Shown: positions 1-10,329, numbered from the whole stretch's first letter. The stretch: DNA of 62,286 nucleotides, filler included, from Actinomycetota bacterium (GCA_025963875.1; 5 parts of 5 records of this genome joined end to end with filler, not necessarily neighbours in it), one strand, 5' to 3'. Notes: generated from the letters alone by a model not told the origin. Program-made: numbers and translations.

Positions 1-282
1 CGGCACCCGGGCCACGACCACCGCGTCGTGGATAGCCAGCGAGTAGTGGCTGAGCGCCCCGGCGTTGAGGACGACGCCGTCGGCGGCGTTGCGGGCGTCC
101 TGCAGCCAGTCGACGATCTCGCCCTCGTAGTTGCTCTGGCGGAAGTCGATCTCGAGGCCCAGGTCCTTGCCCCGAGCTCGGCACATGTCCTCCAGGTCGT
201 CGATGGTCTTCTCCCCGTAGAGGTCCGGCTCCCGCTCGCCGAGCAGGTTCAGGTTGGGGCCGTTCAGTACGAAGATCTTCAT
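1..282 (-). CDS. aroQ: type II 3-dehydroquinate dehydratase (3' end runs off window)
   Basis: Manual translation MKIFVLNGPNLNLLGEREPDLYG...FRQSNYEGEIVDWLQ...VLNAGALSHYS; ATG overlaps the aroB stop (ATGA); not in the ORF track. Confidence 0.95.
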   Translation of the reverse strand, partial: MKIFVLNGPNLNLLGEREPDLYGEKTIDDLEDMCRARGKDLGLEIDFRQSNYEGEIVDWLQDARNAADGVVLNAGALSHYSLAIHDAVVVARVP

Positions 283-1370
283 GCCGGCAGGACCGAGCGC
301 ATCGCCCGGGAGAGCTCCGGGGAATGCACGTCTGGTGTCACGAACGGGTCGCCGATACCTTTGAGCAGCACCCATCGCACCCCTCCTCGATATTTCTTGT
401 CCATGGTCCATGCCTCTTCGATCGCCGCTGGATCGAAGTCTGCGCTCACGGGAAGTCCCAGGGCCTGCAGCACGGTTTTGTGGCGGTCCGCCTCGGCGGC
501 GCTGAGGTACCCGAGTTCCCTTGCGAGGGCGGAGGCGAAGACGAGGCCCACCGAGACCGCCTCGCCGTGCAGCCACTGCTCGTAGCCGCCCAGCGCCTCA
601 AGGGCGTGGGCGAGGGTGTGGCCGTAGTTCAGCACGATGCGCCGGTCGTCGAGGTCGCGCTCGTCGGCGGCCACGATCGACGCCTTGATGGCGACCGACC
701 GGGCGACGATGTCTTCGAGGACCTCGGGGTCACGCGCCCGGAGCGCGGCCGTCCTTTTTTCGATGTCGGCCAGGAGTTCAGGATCGAGGCTGAGCCCGTA
801 CTTCGCCACCTCGGCGAGGCCGGAGATGTACTCGCGCTCCGGCAGGCTGTGCAGCGTCGCGGTGTCGGCGATGACCGCCCGGGGCTGGTAGAAGGTGCCG
901 GCGAGGTTCTTGCCGGCGGTCAGGTTGACGGCCGTCTTGCCCCCGACGGCGGCGTCCACCTGGGCCAGGAGGCTGGTGGGTGTCTGCACCAGCGCCATGC
1001 CCCGCTGGTAGATCGAGGCGGCGAAGCCGGCCAGGTCCCCCACCATCCCGCCCCCGAGGGCGACGAGGAGGTCGCTTCTTCGCAGCTTCCGGCTCGCCAT
1101 CTCCTCTAGCAGCGCCCCGACCCCCTCGATGCTCTTCGAGGTCTCCCCGGCATCGACGACCAGCCGTTGCACCTCCCCGGTCGACCCGAGCGGGGCGAAG
1201 GCCTCAGCGGCAGCGTCGCCCCAGGCCTTGTCGACGTTGCCATCCGACACGATGGCGACGCGCTCACAGCCCTTTATGTCTGGCACGAGCCCGGCGGCCT
1301 TCGGCAGCGCCCCCTCCCCGACATGGACGTCGTACGACCGGCTTCCGAGGTCGACGGTGACGGTCCTCAA
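279..1370 (-). CDS. aroB: 3-dehydroquinate synthase
   Basis: ALGGGMVGDLAGFAA, PTSLLAQVDAAVGGKTAVN and LNYGHTLAHALE motifs; position in aro operon. Confidence 0.97.
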   Translation of the reverse strand: MRTVTVDLGSRSYDVHVGEGALPKAAGLVPDIKGCERVAIVSDGNVDKAWGDAAAEAFAPLGSTGEVQRLVVDAGETSKSIEGVGALLEEMASRKLRRSDLLVALGGGMVGDLAGFAASIYQRGMALVQTPTSLLAQVDAAVGGKTAVNLTAGKNLAGTFYQPRAVIADTATLHSLPEREYISGLAEVAKYGLSLDPELLADIEKRTAALRARDPEVLEDIVARSVAIKASIVAADERDLDDRRIVLNYGHTLAHALEALGGYEQWLHGEAVSVGLVFASALARELGYLSAAEADRHKTVLQALGLPVSADFDPAAIEEAWTMDKKYRGGVRWVLLKGIGDPFVTPDVHSPELSRAMRSVLPA

Positions 1371-1888
1371 AGCTTGTTCCTCAGGATGGCCTCAGCCACC
1401 TGCTCGACGGGGCCATCGGCCTGCACCGTGAAGTCGGCGGCCGTCTCGTAGGCGGGAGCCCGGGCGGCAATCAGTTTGTCGAGGCGCTCGGCGAGGTCAC
1501 CCTCCATGCGCTGCAGGACCGGCCGGCCCTGATCGGTGCCGAGGCGCTCCGCAGCGACTTCCGGGGTCACCCGCAGCCAGACGATCGTGCCATGGGTCTT
1601 CAGGTGTGCGACGTTGGCCGGGTCGAGCACCGCTCCCCCGCCGCAGGCGATCACGGCGTTCTCCGTCTTCGTCGCCTCGGCGATCGCCTCCCGCTCCCGT
1701 TCACGGAACCCGGCTTCGCCCTCTTCGGTGAAGATGGTGGCGACGGGCCTTCCGGCATCCGCCTCGATGGTGGCGTCGACATCGACGAAGTTGCGCCCGA
1801 GACGGCTTGCGAGTGCCAGGCCGACGGCGCTCTTGCCCGAGCCCATCATGCCGATCAGCACGATCGCTCTCGGTCCGGCCGGGCTCAC
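1367..1888 (-). CDS. aroK: shikimate kinase
   Basis: [13 protein letters not shown]-loop, GEAGFRERE and ACGGG motifs; GTG at 1888 overlaps the aroC stop. Confidence 0.95.
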   Translation of the reverse strand: MSPAGPRAIVLIGMMGSGKSAVGLALASRLGRNFVDVDATIEADAGRPVATIFTEEGEAGFREREREAIAEATKTENAVIACGGGAVLDPANVAHLKTHGTIVWLRVTPEVAAERLGTDQGRPVLQRMEGDLAERLDKLIAARAPAYETAADFTVQADGPVEQVAEAILRNKL

Positions 1889-3054
1889 CGGGACAGCGGC
1901 CGGATCCGCTGCCGAGTCCGCTCCCGGTACGCCTCGATCGCGCCCTGGAGGTCGCCGAGGGTGTCCCCGCCGAACTTCTCCAGCACCGCCTCGGCCAGCA
2001 CCCAGGCGACGACCGCCTCGCCCACGACCGCCGCCGCCGGGACCGAGCAGGCGTCGGTCCGCTCCCGGAAGGCCGCCGCCGGCTCGCCGGTGGCGAGGTC
2101 GACGGTGCGCAGCGCCTTCTTCAGCGTCGCCAGCGGCTTCATCGCCGCCCGGACCCGCAGCGTGCCGCCGATGGTCATCCCGCCCTCGGTCCCCCCGGCC
2201 CGGTCGCTGTGGCGGCGGAGCTCTCCGTCCTCGAAGAAGATCTCGTCGTGGGCCTCGGTCCCCCGCATGTGGGACTGGGCGAAGCCGTCGCCGATCTCGA
2301 CGCCCTTGATGGCCTGGATCGACATCAGGTGGTAGGCGAGGCGGGCGTCGATCTTGCGGTCCCACTGGACGTGGGAGCCGAGGCCGGTGGGCAGGCCGTA
2401 GGCGATGACCTCGAACACCCCGCCGAGGCTGTCGCCGTCGGCCTGGGCCGCCTCGATCTGCCGGGCCATCCCGGCTGCGGCCTCGGGGTCGAGGCAGCGC
2501 ACCGGCGAGGCGTCGATGGCCTCCAGGTCGCCGGGGGTTGGGCGCAGCCCGGGGCTCGCCTCGGCGGTGCCGATGGACGTGACGTGGCTCACAACCTGGA
2601 TGCCGATCTCGTCGAGCAGCGCCTTCGCCAGCGCACCGGCCGCCGTCCGGGCCGCCGTCTCGCGGGCGCTCGCCCGCTCAAGGACGTTACGGGCGTCGGC
2701 GAAGTCGTACTTCATCATCCCCGCCAGATCCGCGTGGCCGGGCCGGGGCTCGGTGAGCACGTTGCCGGCCGGGTTGCCCTCCGGCGACATGACCCGCTCC
2801 CACTTCGCCCACTCCGAGTTGCGGATGACGATGGAGATGGGGCTGCCCAGCGTCCGCCCGAACCGCACCCCGCCGAGCAGCTCCAGGGCGTCCCGCTCGA
2901 TCTTCATGCGAGGCCCGCGCCCGAATCCCAGCCGCCGCCGGGCCAGCTCGTCGGCGATGCGCTTGGTCGAGACCGGGACGCCCGCGGGGAACCCCTCGGC
3001 GATGACCGTGAGGGCCGGCCCGTGCGACTCCCCGGCAGTGAGGTATCGGATCAC
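1885..3054 (-). CDS. aroC: chorismate synthase
   Basis: [26 protein letters not shown] and RAAMKP motifs. Confidence 0.98.
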   Translation of the reverse strand: MIRYLTAGESHGPALTVIAEGFPAGVPVSTKRIADELARRRLGFGRGPRMKIERDALELLGGVRFGRTLGSPISIVIRNSEWAKWERVMSPEGNPAGNVLTEPRPGHADLAGMMKYDFADARNVLERASARETAARTAAGALAKALLDEIGIQVVSHVTSIGTAEASPGLRPTPGDLEAIDASPVRCLDPEAAAGMARQIEAAQADGDSLGGVFEVIAYGLPTGLGSHVQWDRKIDARLAYHLMSIQAIKGVEIGDGFAQSHMRGTEAHDEIFFEDGELRRHSDRAGGTEGGMTIGGTLRVRAAMKPLATLKKALRTVDLATGEPAAAFRERTDACSVPAAAVVGEAVVAWVLAEAVLEKFGGDTLGDLQGAIEAYRERTRQRIRPLSR

Positions 3055-3069
3055 CGCTTTAGCTTACTA

Positions 3070-3114
3070 GCCAGAACCGGCATGAGATTTCTGCGTCCTC
3101 ATGCTGAAACTGGC
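3070..3114. repeat. imperfect palindrome (REP-like hairpin) upstream of the DUF559 gene
   Basis: GCCAG/CTGGC outer stem and CGGCATGAG/CTCATGCTG inner stem, separated by a 3-nt internal loop. Confidence 0.7.
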
Positions 3115-3149
3115 CTCTTGTTGTCGGTACCGACGCGTTAAATAGTGGT

Positions 3150-4080
3150 ATGTGGCAAGCATGCGTACGCCTCGCCCTCGGCCAGGAGGGCCTGATCACC
3201 CTCGACCAGGCCCTCTCCCTGGGCTGCACCGCTTCCGGATTCAAGCATCACGTCGCCAAAGGCCACGTCGAACGACTCCTGCCGGGCGTCTACGTGCTGT
3301 CGGGCTCGACGGAGACTCCGCGCCAGAAAACTGAGAGGCACCTGCCTTTGGGGCGGCGAGGCAGCGGCCGCCTCCCACTCCTCCGCGGCCGCCCTGTTGG
3401 GCCTCAAGGGCTTCGACGTTGCCGACCTCCACGCGATCGCCACAAAGAGCCCCCGCAGGCTGCCCGACTGGGCCCACATCCACCACATTGCCGCAGCGGT
3501 GCCCGGGACCAGGCCCATTGCCGGCATCCCTGTGACCCCACCTTGGATCACCCTCATCGATCTTGGCTCCCAGGTGCCGGCCGCCCAGGTCGAGCGCGCC
3601 CTCGACGAGGCACTCCGTCGCAGGATCGTCAGCCTGCCCCAACTGCGGTGGGCCCTGGCCACGTTCGGGCGGCCTCACCACCGGGGCACGAGCGTGCTCC
3701 GCAGCCTGCTGGCGGAGCGCGGTGCCGGTTACGCCCCGCCGGAGAGCGAAATGGAGGCAATGTTCTATGCGCTGCTCGAGGGGTCCGATCTGCCTCGTGG
3801 CGTCCGCCAGTTCTGGATATGGGACGGTGAGAGGTGGCGAAGACTCGACTACGCGTTCCCGGAGGACGGCCTCGGCCTGGAGTTCGACGGCTTGGCCACC
3901 CACGGCACCCGAGAAGCCTTCCAAGACGACCGGGCAAGCGACCGGCGCTTGCAGATCCGGCACTGGAGGGTCCTGCGCTTCACTTGGGAGGACGGAACCC
4001 GGCGTCCCCAGCAGGTCCTCGCCGAAATCCGCGAGATGTTGTCAAAAGGACGGCAAGGCCGACCTTTTGGCACAAACTAG
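3150..4080 (+). pseudogene. AbiEi-like N-terminal / DUF559 (Vsr-like endonuclease) protein, frameshifted
   Basis: N-part QEGLITLDQALSLG...ERLLPGVYVL (ORF 3150) joins C-part ASHSSAAALLGL...PESEME...RLDYAFP...LEFDGLATH...DDRASDRRLQIRHWRVLRFTWED (ORF 3397) if one A of the A4 run at 3327-3330 is removed. Confidence 0.8.
4040..4072. repeat. imperfect palindrome at the 3' end of the DUF559 gene
   Basis: TGTCAAAAGG-A-CGGC-AAG-GCCG-A-CCTTTTGGCA. Confidence 0.7.
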
Positions 4081-4274
4081 GCCGTGACGCTGCCTTCGTT
4101 CAGGTAGGCGTTCATGTCCGACTCCCGGATGCGGTAGTTCTTGCCCACCCGCAGGGCGGCCAGCTGGCCCGACTTGATCAAGCGGTAGACGGTCATGTTC
4201 GAGACCCGCATCGTGGCGGCCACCTCGCTGACGGTCAGGAGGGGGTCACCGGTGTAGCTCCGACGGGCAGGCAA
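4077..4274 (-). CDS. small excisionase/MerR-like HTH DNA-binding protein (Rv0500A/BldC-like)
   Basis: LLTVSEVAATMRVSNMTVYRLIKSGQLAALRVGKNYRI; TTG start with GAAGGGAA RBS. Confidence 0.88.
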   Translation of the reverse strand: MPARRSYTGDPLLTVSEVAATMRVSNMTVYRLIKSGQLAALRVGKNYRIRESDMNAYLNEGSVTA

Positions 4275-4381
4275 TGTACGTTCCCTTCGAGGTAATCCGC
4301 ATGGGCAGCGGACGCCAAACCTAGCCATCCCGCACGCCCGTTGTCAACTTTAACATCGGGCAACAGTGGTAACACAGACCC

Positions 4382-5155
4382 TCAGCCCCCCACGTAGACG
4401 CTCAGGATCGAATGGCCGAGCAGGATCGCCGCCAGGGCGCCGGCCGCCATGAAGGGGCCGAAGGGGATCGGGTCCTTCATCCCCTTGCCCCCGACGAGCA
4501 GCGCCGCGGCCCCCCCGAGGCCGCCGGCGACGAGGCCGAGCAGGCCCCCGGCGAGCACCAGGCGCAGGCCGAGCCACCCCAGGTGGAAGCCGAGGTACGG
4601 GGCGAACTTCACGTCCCCGCCGCCCATGGCCGAGGGTGCGGCCAGGCCGATGAACAGCATCGGCAGGCCGTAGAAGAGGGCGCCGAGGGCGGCGTGCTCG
4701 AGGTTGACCCACCGGCCGCCGATCGCCGCCGCGCCGAGGAACAGCACGGCCCCGACGATCGAGGCCGGACCCAGCACCTTGTTCGGCAGGCGGTGATGCT
4801 CGATGTCGATGGCCGAGAGGGTCACGAGCGCCGTGGCGAAGGCAAGGTAGGCCGGCAGCTCGGGGTGGACGCCGATGCGCCACACCATCGCCGCCCAGGC
4901 CAGCCCACACAACAGCTCGACCACCGGGTACCGGACAGAGATGTGCACGCCGCAGGAGCGGCACCTCGCCCGGAGGATCAGGAAGGAGGCGAGCGGGATG
5001 TTGTCGTACCACGGGATCGGGTGCTCGCAGCCGGGGCAGAGGGAGCCGGGCGAGACGACCGAGAAGCCACGGGGGACGCGGTAGACCGCGACGTTGGCGA
5101 AGCTGCCGAACGCCACGCCGAAGACGAACGCCAGGGCGAGCTCCAGCGGCTTCAA
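4382..5155 (-). CDS. pilD: prepilin peptidase (A24)
   Basis: GSFANVAVYRVP, two CxxC motifs, IDIEHHRLP and MGGGDVK; TTG start overlaps the aroE stop. Confidence 0.93.
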   Translation of the reverse strand: MKPLELALAFVFGVAFGSFANVAVYRVPRGFSVVSPGSLCPGCEHPIPWYDNIPLASFLILRARCRSCGVHISVRYPVVELLCGLAWAAMVWRIGVHPELPAYLAFATALVTLSAIDIEHHRLPNKVLGPASIVGAVLFLGAAAIGGRWVNLEHAALGALFYGLPMLFIGLAAPSAMGGGDVKFAPYLGFHLGWLGLRLVLAGGLLGLVAGGLGGAAALLVGGKGMKDPIPFGPFMAAGALAAILLGHSILSVYVGG

Positions 5156-6003
5156 GGCCGCATCAGGGCTTCTCGGGCGCCGGCCCACATGGCCTCAAGG
5201 GGAGCGGAGCGGCCGGTGAAGATCTCGAAGGCCAGCGCCGCCTGGTGCACGAGCATGCCCAAACCTCCGTAGGCCTTCGCCCCGGCCCGGGACGCCGCCT
5301 GGACGAGGGGCGTCTCCAGAGGATGGTAGACGAGGTCGACCACGACGGCGCCGGGGCGGATCGCATCGACCGGGATGAGGGGGTCCTCGCCCTCCTGGCC
5401 GACCGGCGTGGCGTTGACGATGACGTCGGCCCCGGCGACCGCCGCGCCGGCCGACGAGAGCGGCAGAGCCCGGAACGATGCCTCCCCCGCCATCGGGGCC
5501 AGGGCAGCTGCCCGGTCGGGGTCCCGGGCCAACACCGTCACCGCGCCGGCTCCCGCCAGCACCAGGCCCGACACCACCGAACGGGCCGATCCCCCGGCAC
5601 CGATGACCACCACCGAGCAGCCGTCGAGGTCGGTGTCCGTCTCGCGGACGAGGAACGACGCCAGGCCCTCGCCGTCGGTGTTCCAGCCGACCAGTTCGTT
5701 GCCGGTCACCTCCACGGCGTTGACGGCCCCCACGACCGCCGCCTGGCCGGCCAGCCGGTCGACGGCCGCAGCCGCGGCAAGCTTGTGGGGCATGGTGACG
5801 TTGAACCCGGCAACCCCCGATCTTCCGAGCCCCCGCAGCACCGCCACGGCGTCCTCCCCCTCGGCCGCGACCGGGAAGCCGACGTAGACCCAGTCCAGCC
5901 CGAGCGCCCGGTAGCCGGCGTTGTGGATGGCCGGGGAGAGGCTGCGGGCGACCTGCAGGGGGCCGCCGACGACGCCGGCGACACAGGTCGACCCACTCAG
6001 CAC
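5152..6003 (-). CDS. aroE: shikimate dehydrogenase
   Basis: SLSPAIHNA, NVTMPHK, NTDG, GAGGSAR, NATPVG and GLGMLVHQA motifs. Confidence 0.96.
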   Translation of the reverse strand: MLSGSTCVAGVVGGPLQVARSLSPAIHNAGYRALGLDWVYVGFPVAAEGEDAVAVLRGLGRSGVAGFNVTMPHKLAAAAAVDRLAGQAAVVGAVNAVEVTGNELVGWNTDGEGLASFLVRETDTDLDGCSVVVIGAGGSARSVVSGLVLAGAGAVTVLARDPDRAAALAPMAGEASFRALPLSSAGAAVAGADVIVNATPVGQEGEDPLIPVDAIRPGAVVVDLVYHPLETPLVQAASRAGAKAYGGLGMLVHQAALAFEIFTGRSAPLEAMWAGAREALMRP

Positions 6004-7007
6004 TTCGGCTGGTGCGCTGCCGCCGCGTTGAACTCCGCAGCGGTCTTGAAGAACGAGTGGTGCACACAGTCGCTCGAGAGGACGTAGTACAGGTCGCTGG
6101 TGGCCGACGGCTGGAGGGCAGCCCGCATCGACGAGAGCTGCGGGCTGTCGATCGGGGTCGGCGGCAGGCCCACCACCGCTCGGGTGTTGTAGGGCGACGG
6201 GAAGACGAGGTCGCTCTGGGTGAGGGTGGCGCCGAAGGGCTTGCGCACCGCGTAGTAGGTCGTGGCGTCGATGCCCAGCTTCATCCCCGCCCGCAGCCGG
6301 TTGTAGATGACGGCCGCGATCATGGGTCCGTCGCTCGGCGCTTTCGCCTCCCGCTCGACCATGGACGCGATCACCAGGGCCTGGTAGGGGGTGACACCGG
6401 CCGGAGGCGACGACCAGCTGAGCTGGCCGGCCTTTTTGTTGAACTCACCGACGATCTGCCGCACCAGGCCCTCGGCGGTCTCCTTCGGGTCCACGGAGTA
6501 CGTCTCGGGATAGAGATAGCCCTCGAGCGTGGGAGCACCGGGCGCCGGGACGTCGGGCACGACGGTGGCCGTGGTGGCCGCCGCCTGGAAGGCGTCGGGC
6601 GGGATGTGAACGATCTTGAGCGCCCCGACCGCCGACGCCGTCTCGGTGACCGTCAACCCCTCCCGGAGGAGGAGGCCCTCGGAGATCACCGAGGGGCCCT
6701 TGGCGAGGTTGGCGACGACCTCGCTGTAGGCCATGTGCCGGCGGAGGTCGTAGTCGCCCTGCTGCAGGCTGAGCGAGCTGCCCGAGACCCGCAGCCAGAT
6801 CTTGAAGTCCCTCGGCGAGTCGATGACCCCGGCCGAGCGCAGCGGCGGGCCGAGGGCCGAGAGCGAGTCGCCGGGATGGACGGTGAATTTGACGGTGCTG
6901 CCGCCCGGCGCTCCGTGGGTGGCGGAGAGGTAGGAGCGGACGACGTAGACGACGGTCCCGCCGGCGAGCACCACGAGAATGACGAGGCCGAGGAGCACCT
7001 TCCTCAC
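5997..7007 (-). CDS. mltG: endolytic transglycosylase MltG (YceG family)
   Basis: N-terminal TM; LEGYLYPETY, IASMVEREA, VIYNRL, SPYNT and GLPPTPI; GTG start overlaps the ruvX stop. Confidence 0.93.
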   Translation of the reverse strand: MRKVLLGLVILVVLAGGTVVYVVRSYLSATHGAPGGSTVKFTVHPGDSLSALGPPLRSAGVIDSPRDFKIWLRVSGSSLSLQQGDYDLRRHMAYSEVVANLAKGPSVISEGLLLREGLTVTETASAVGALKIVHIPPDAFQAAATTATVVPDVPAPGAPTLEGYLYPETYSVDPKETAEGLVRQIVGEFNKKAGQLSWSSPPAGVTPYQALVIASMVEREAKAPSDGPMIAAVIYNRLRAGMKLGIDATTYYAVRKPFGATLTQSDLVFPSPYNTRAVVGLPPTPIDSPQLSSMRAALQPSATSDLYYVLSSDCVHHSFFKTAAEFNAAAAHQPKC

Positions 7008-7441
7008 GAGTCGGGTTCCTTGCCCGCCTGCGAGTCCAGCCAGGCCTGGAGGATGACCGCCGCTGCGGACCGGTCGACGGCACCCTTGGCCCGCCTGCCC
7101 CGGACGCCCGCCTCGGCCAGCGCCCGCCCGGCCGCCACGGTGCTCAGGCGCTCGTCGACGAGGTGCACCGGAAGGCCGAGGCGCTCTCCGACGGCCGCGG
7201 CAAACTCCCGGGCACGGGCCGCGGCCGCCCCCTCCGAGCCCGACAGGGACACGGGCAGCCCGACAACGACGGCGGCGGCGCGGTGCTCGGCGACCAGCCC
7301 GGCGAGCGCCATCTGCCAGTCCCCCGTCGCGTCCAGCACGGTCAGCGGCAGGGCCATGCTGCGCCCGGGCACGGCCATGGCGACACCGATCCGCCGCTCC
7401 CCGGGGTCGAGCCCAAGGATGCTGCCCCCGGGCTCCGTCAC
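7004..7441 (-). CDS. ruvX: YqgF/RuvX pre-16S rRNA nuclease
   Basis: LGLDPGERRIGVA, VVGLP, DERLST and VDRSAAAVILQ; alaS-ruvX-mltG synteny. Confidence 0.95.
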   Translation of the reverse strand: MTEPGGSILGLDPGERRIGVAMAVPGRSMALPLTVLDATGDWQMALAGLVAEHRAAAVVVGLPVSLSGSEGAAAARAREFAAAVGERLGLPVHLVDERLSTVAAGRALAEAGVRGRRAKGAVDRSAAAVILQAWLDSQAGKEPDS

Positions 7442-10089
7442 CCGGCCCCTTCGAGCGCCGCCTGAGCGCTCTGGCGCACGGCGTCGAGGGCTGCGTCGAG
7501 CTCCGCCACCTGGGTGCCGCCACCGACGACGAGGTCGGGCTTGCCGCCTCCCCGGCCCCCGAGCCGGGCGGCGCCGGGGGCGACGAGGTCCTGGGCCGAC
7601 ACGCCCCGCTGCACGAGGTCCCGGGAGACCGCGACCACCAGGTTCGCCTTCCCATCGAGTGCCGTGCCCAGGGCGACGACCGCAGAGGCAAGCCGGTCCC
7701 GCAACATGATGGCAAGCTTGCGCAGCTCATCGACGGAGCGGCCTTCCCGCTTCAGGATTACCAGCTTCGACGACCCGACCGGCCGCACGTCGTCGGAGGC
7801 GAGGATGGCCTTCACCTCGTCCTCGACCCCCGCCGCCTTCTGCTTCGACAGCTGGGCCTCCAGCGCCTTCGAGGTCTCGAGGAGCTTCTCCAGCTTGTCG
7901 ACGACCCCCTCGGGATCGGTGCGCAGCAGGTCGGCAGCCCGGCGCAGGCGCTCCGCCTGGGCGTTCAGGTAGTTGAGCCCGGCGATGCCCGTGTAGCTTT
8001 CGATCCGCCGCGTGCCCGCCGCTATTGACGACTCGCCGAGGATCTTGATCACGCCCACCTGCCCGGTGTGATGCACGTGCGTGCCGCCGCAGAGCTCCTT
8101 GGAGTAGTCCCCCACCTCCACCACGCGCACGTAGTCGCCGTACTTCTCGCCGAACAGCGCCATCGCCCCGAGGGCGGTCGCCTGGTCGTAGGTGGTCTCG
8201 AAGGCGTGGACCGCGTCGTCGGAGAGCACCCGCGAGTTGACCTCCTCCTCGATGCTGGCGAGGGTCTCGGCCCCCACCGGCTCGAAGTGCTGGAAGTCGA
8301 AGCGCAGGCGCCCCGGCTCGACGAGGGACCCCTTCTGGTGGGCGTGCTCCCCGAGGCGGTCCCGGAGGGCCCAGTGGATCATGTGGGTGGCGGTGTGGCT
8401 GCGCTGCACGCCCGACCGGTGCGAGGGATCGACGCGGGTCTCGGCGCGCTGGCCGACCTGGATCTCGCCGGCGACGACCCGGCCCCTGTGGAGGATGGGT
8501 CCCCCGGTCGCGAGGCGCTGGGTGTCCTCGACCGAGAAGCGGCCGGTCGGGGTGGCGATCGTCCCGCGGTCGCCGATCTGGCCGCCGCCCTCGGGATAGA
8601 AGGTTGTGCGGTCGAGGACCAGCTCGCCGTCCTGGCCCTCCTCGAGGACGGGGACCTCGGCAAGGCCGCGGATGATGAGCTCGACGCTGGCCTCGCCGTT
8701 GATCACCTCGTAGCCCAGGAACTCGGTGGCGTCGTAGCCGGCGACGATGCCGCGCAGCACTTCGGCGTCCGCGGAGAGCTCCCCGCCGGAGCGGCGGGCT
8801 TCCTTGGCCCGCCGCCGCTGGACGCTCATGTGCTGCTCGAACTCCTCCGGATCGACGACCAGCCCCTCGTCGGCGGCGAACTCGGCGGTGAGATCGAAGG
8901 GGAAGACGTAGGTGTCGTGCAGCTCGAAGACGACCTTGCCCTCCAGCTTGGCCTCCCCCCTCGCCTTGGCCAGGGCGATCTCGTCCTCCAGGCGGGCGAG
9001 ACCGCGGCGCAGGGTGTCGTCGAAGCGGGCCTCCTCACTCGCGACCACTCGCTGGATGAGGTCGGCGCTGCGGGCGACCTCCGGGTAGTCACGGCCGAAC
9101 AGGTCGACGGCCACCTCGGTCAGTTGCGTGAGCAGGTGCCGGTCGACGCCAAGCAGGCGCGCCCGGCGCACCGCCCGCCGGATGAGCCGGCGCAGGACGT
9201 AGCCCCGCCCCTCGTTGGACGGCAGGACGCCGTCGGCAATGAGCATCGCCATCGCCCGGGGGTGGTCGGCCAGGATCCGCAGGCTCATGTCGGTCCCGGC
9301 GCTCTCGCCGTAGGCGGCACCCGTGACCTCCTCGGCGGCCTTCAGGATCGGCGCCAGCAGGTCGGTCTCGAACGCGGTCGGGACGTCCTGGAGGATGGCG
9401 GCGATCCGCTCCAGGCCGGCCCCCGTGTCCACGCTCGGCTTCGGCAGGTTGCCGACGATCTCTCCCCTGTCGTCCTGGAGGTACTGCATGAACACGAGGT
9501 TCCAGATCTCGAGGTACCGCTCGCCATCGACCTCGCCGGTGCCGGTATAGGTGGCGCCGAAGGCCTCGCCCCGGTCGTAGAGCAGCTCCGAGCACGGTCC
9601 GCAGGGACCAGCAACGCCCATCGACCAGAAGTTGTCCGCCCTGCCGCGGCGCAGGATGCGCTCGGGGGGGACGCCGACGACCTTCTCCCAGATCTCCGCG
9701 GCCTCGTCGTCCGTCTCGTAGACCGTCGCCCACAGGCGCCCGGGCTCGAGGAGGAACTTCGTCGTCACCAGCTCCCACGCCCACCGGCAGGCGTCCTGCT
9801 TGAAGTAGTCCCCGAACGAGAAGTTGCCGAGCATCTCGAAGAAGGTGAGGTGGCGGGCGGTCCGGCCGACCTCCTCGAGGTCGACGGTGCGGAAGCACTT
9901 CTGCACCGAGGTCGCCCGGCGGTAGGGGGGCGTCTTCTGACCGACGAAGTACGGCTTGAACGGCACCATGCCCGCGTTGGTGAGGAGCAGGGTGGGGTCG
10001 TCGGGGACCAGCGGTGCGGACGGCACGATGGTGTGGTCGCGCTCGGCGAAGAAGTTCAGGAAGACCTTGCGGATGCTGGAGCCGTCCAT
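7438..10089 (-). CDS. alaS: alanine--tRNA ligase
   Basis: LLTNAGMVPFK, FEMLGNFSFGDYFK, HTATH and ELCGGTH editing motifs, GGGKP C-terminus. Confidence 0.98.
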   Translation of the reverse strand: MDGSSIRKVFLNFFAERDHTIVPSAPLVPDDPTLLLTNAGMVPFKPYFVGQKTPPYRRATSVQKCFRTVDLEEVGRTARHLTFFEMLGNFSFGDYFKQDACRWAWELVTTKFLLEPGRLWATVYETDDEAAEIWEKVVGVPPERILRRGRADNFWSMGVAGPCGPCSELLYDRGEAFGATYTGTGEVDGERYLEIWNLVFMQYLQDDRGEIVGNLPKPSVDTGAGLERIAAILQDVPTAFETDLLAPILKAAEEVTGAAYGESAGTDMSLRILADHPRAMAMLIADGVLPSNEGRGYVLRRLIRRAVRRARLLGVDRHLLTQLTEVAVDLFGRDYPEVARSADLIQRVVASEEARFDDTLRRGLARLEDEIALAKARGEAKLEGKVVFELHDTYVFPFDLTAEFAADEGLVVDPEEFEQHMSVQRRRAKEARRSGGELSADAEVLRGIVAGYDATEFLGYEVINGEASVELIIRGLAEVPVLEEGQDGELVLDRTTFYPEGGGQIGDRGTIATPTGRFSVEDTQRLATGGPILHRGRVVAGEIQVGQRAETRVDPSHRSGVQRSHTATHMIHWALRDRLGEHAHQKGSLVEPGRLRFDFQHFEPVGAETLASIEEEVNSRVLSDDAVHAFETTYDQATALGAMALFGEKYGDYVRVVEVGDYSKELCGGTHVHHTGQVGVIKILGESSIAAGTRRIESYTGIAGLNYLNAQAERLRRAADLLRTDPEGVVDKLEKLLETSKALEAQLSKQKAAGVEDEVKAILASDDVRPVGSSKLVILKREGRSVDELRKLAIMLRDRLASAVVALGTALDGKANLVVAVSRDLVQRGVSAQDLVAPGAARLGGRGGGKPDLVVGGGTQVAELDAALDAVRQSAQAALEGAG

Positions 10090-10092
10090 GGT

Positions 10093-10329
10093 TCAGTTCC
10101 CGCCGTCGAAGACCCTACCCCGCAGCTCGGCCTCCGTATCCAGCATGGCCCGGCGTCCCTCCTCCAGGGCGAGACGCATCCGTTCGCCGACCGAGGTGGC
10201 TGCCTGCCGGGCCTCGTTGACGATCGCGCCGGGAAGCTTCGTCCGGGCCTTGCGCAGCATCTTCGAGACCGCGTACGCCAGGCCCAGCCCGAGGCCGATG
10301 CCGCCTGCGAAGCCGAGGACGCGCCTCAC
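10093..10329 (-). CDS. small membrane-anchored hypothetical protein
   Basis: 78 aa with an N-terminal hydrophobic helix; coupled to the upstream gene (GTGA overlap). Confidence 0.75.
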   Translation of the reverse strand: MRRVLGFAGGIGLGLGLAYAVSKMLRKARTKLPGAIVNEARQAATSVGERMRLALEEGRRAMLDTEAELRGRVFDGGN

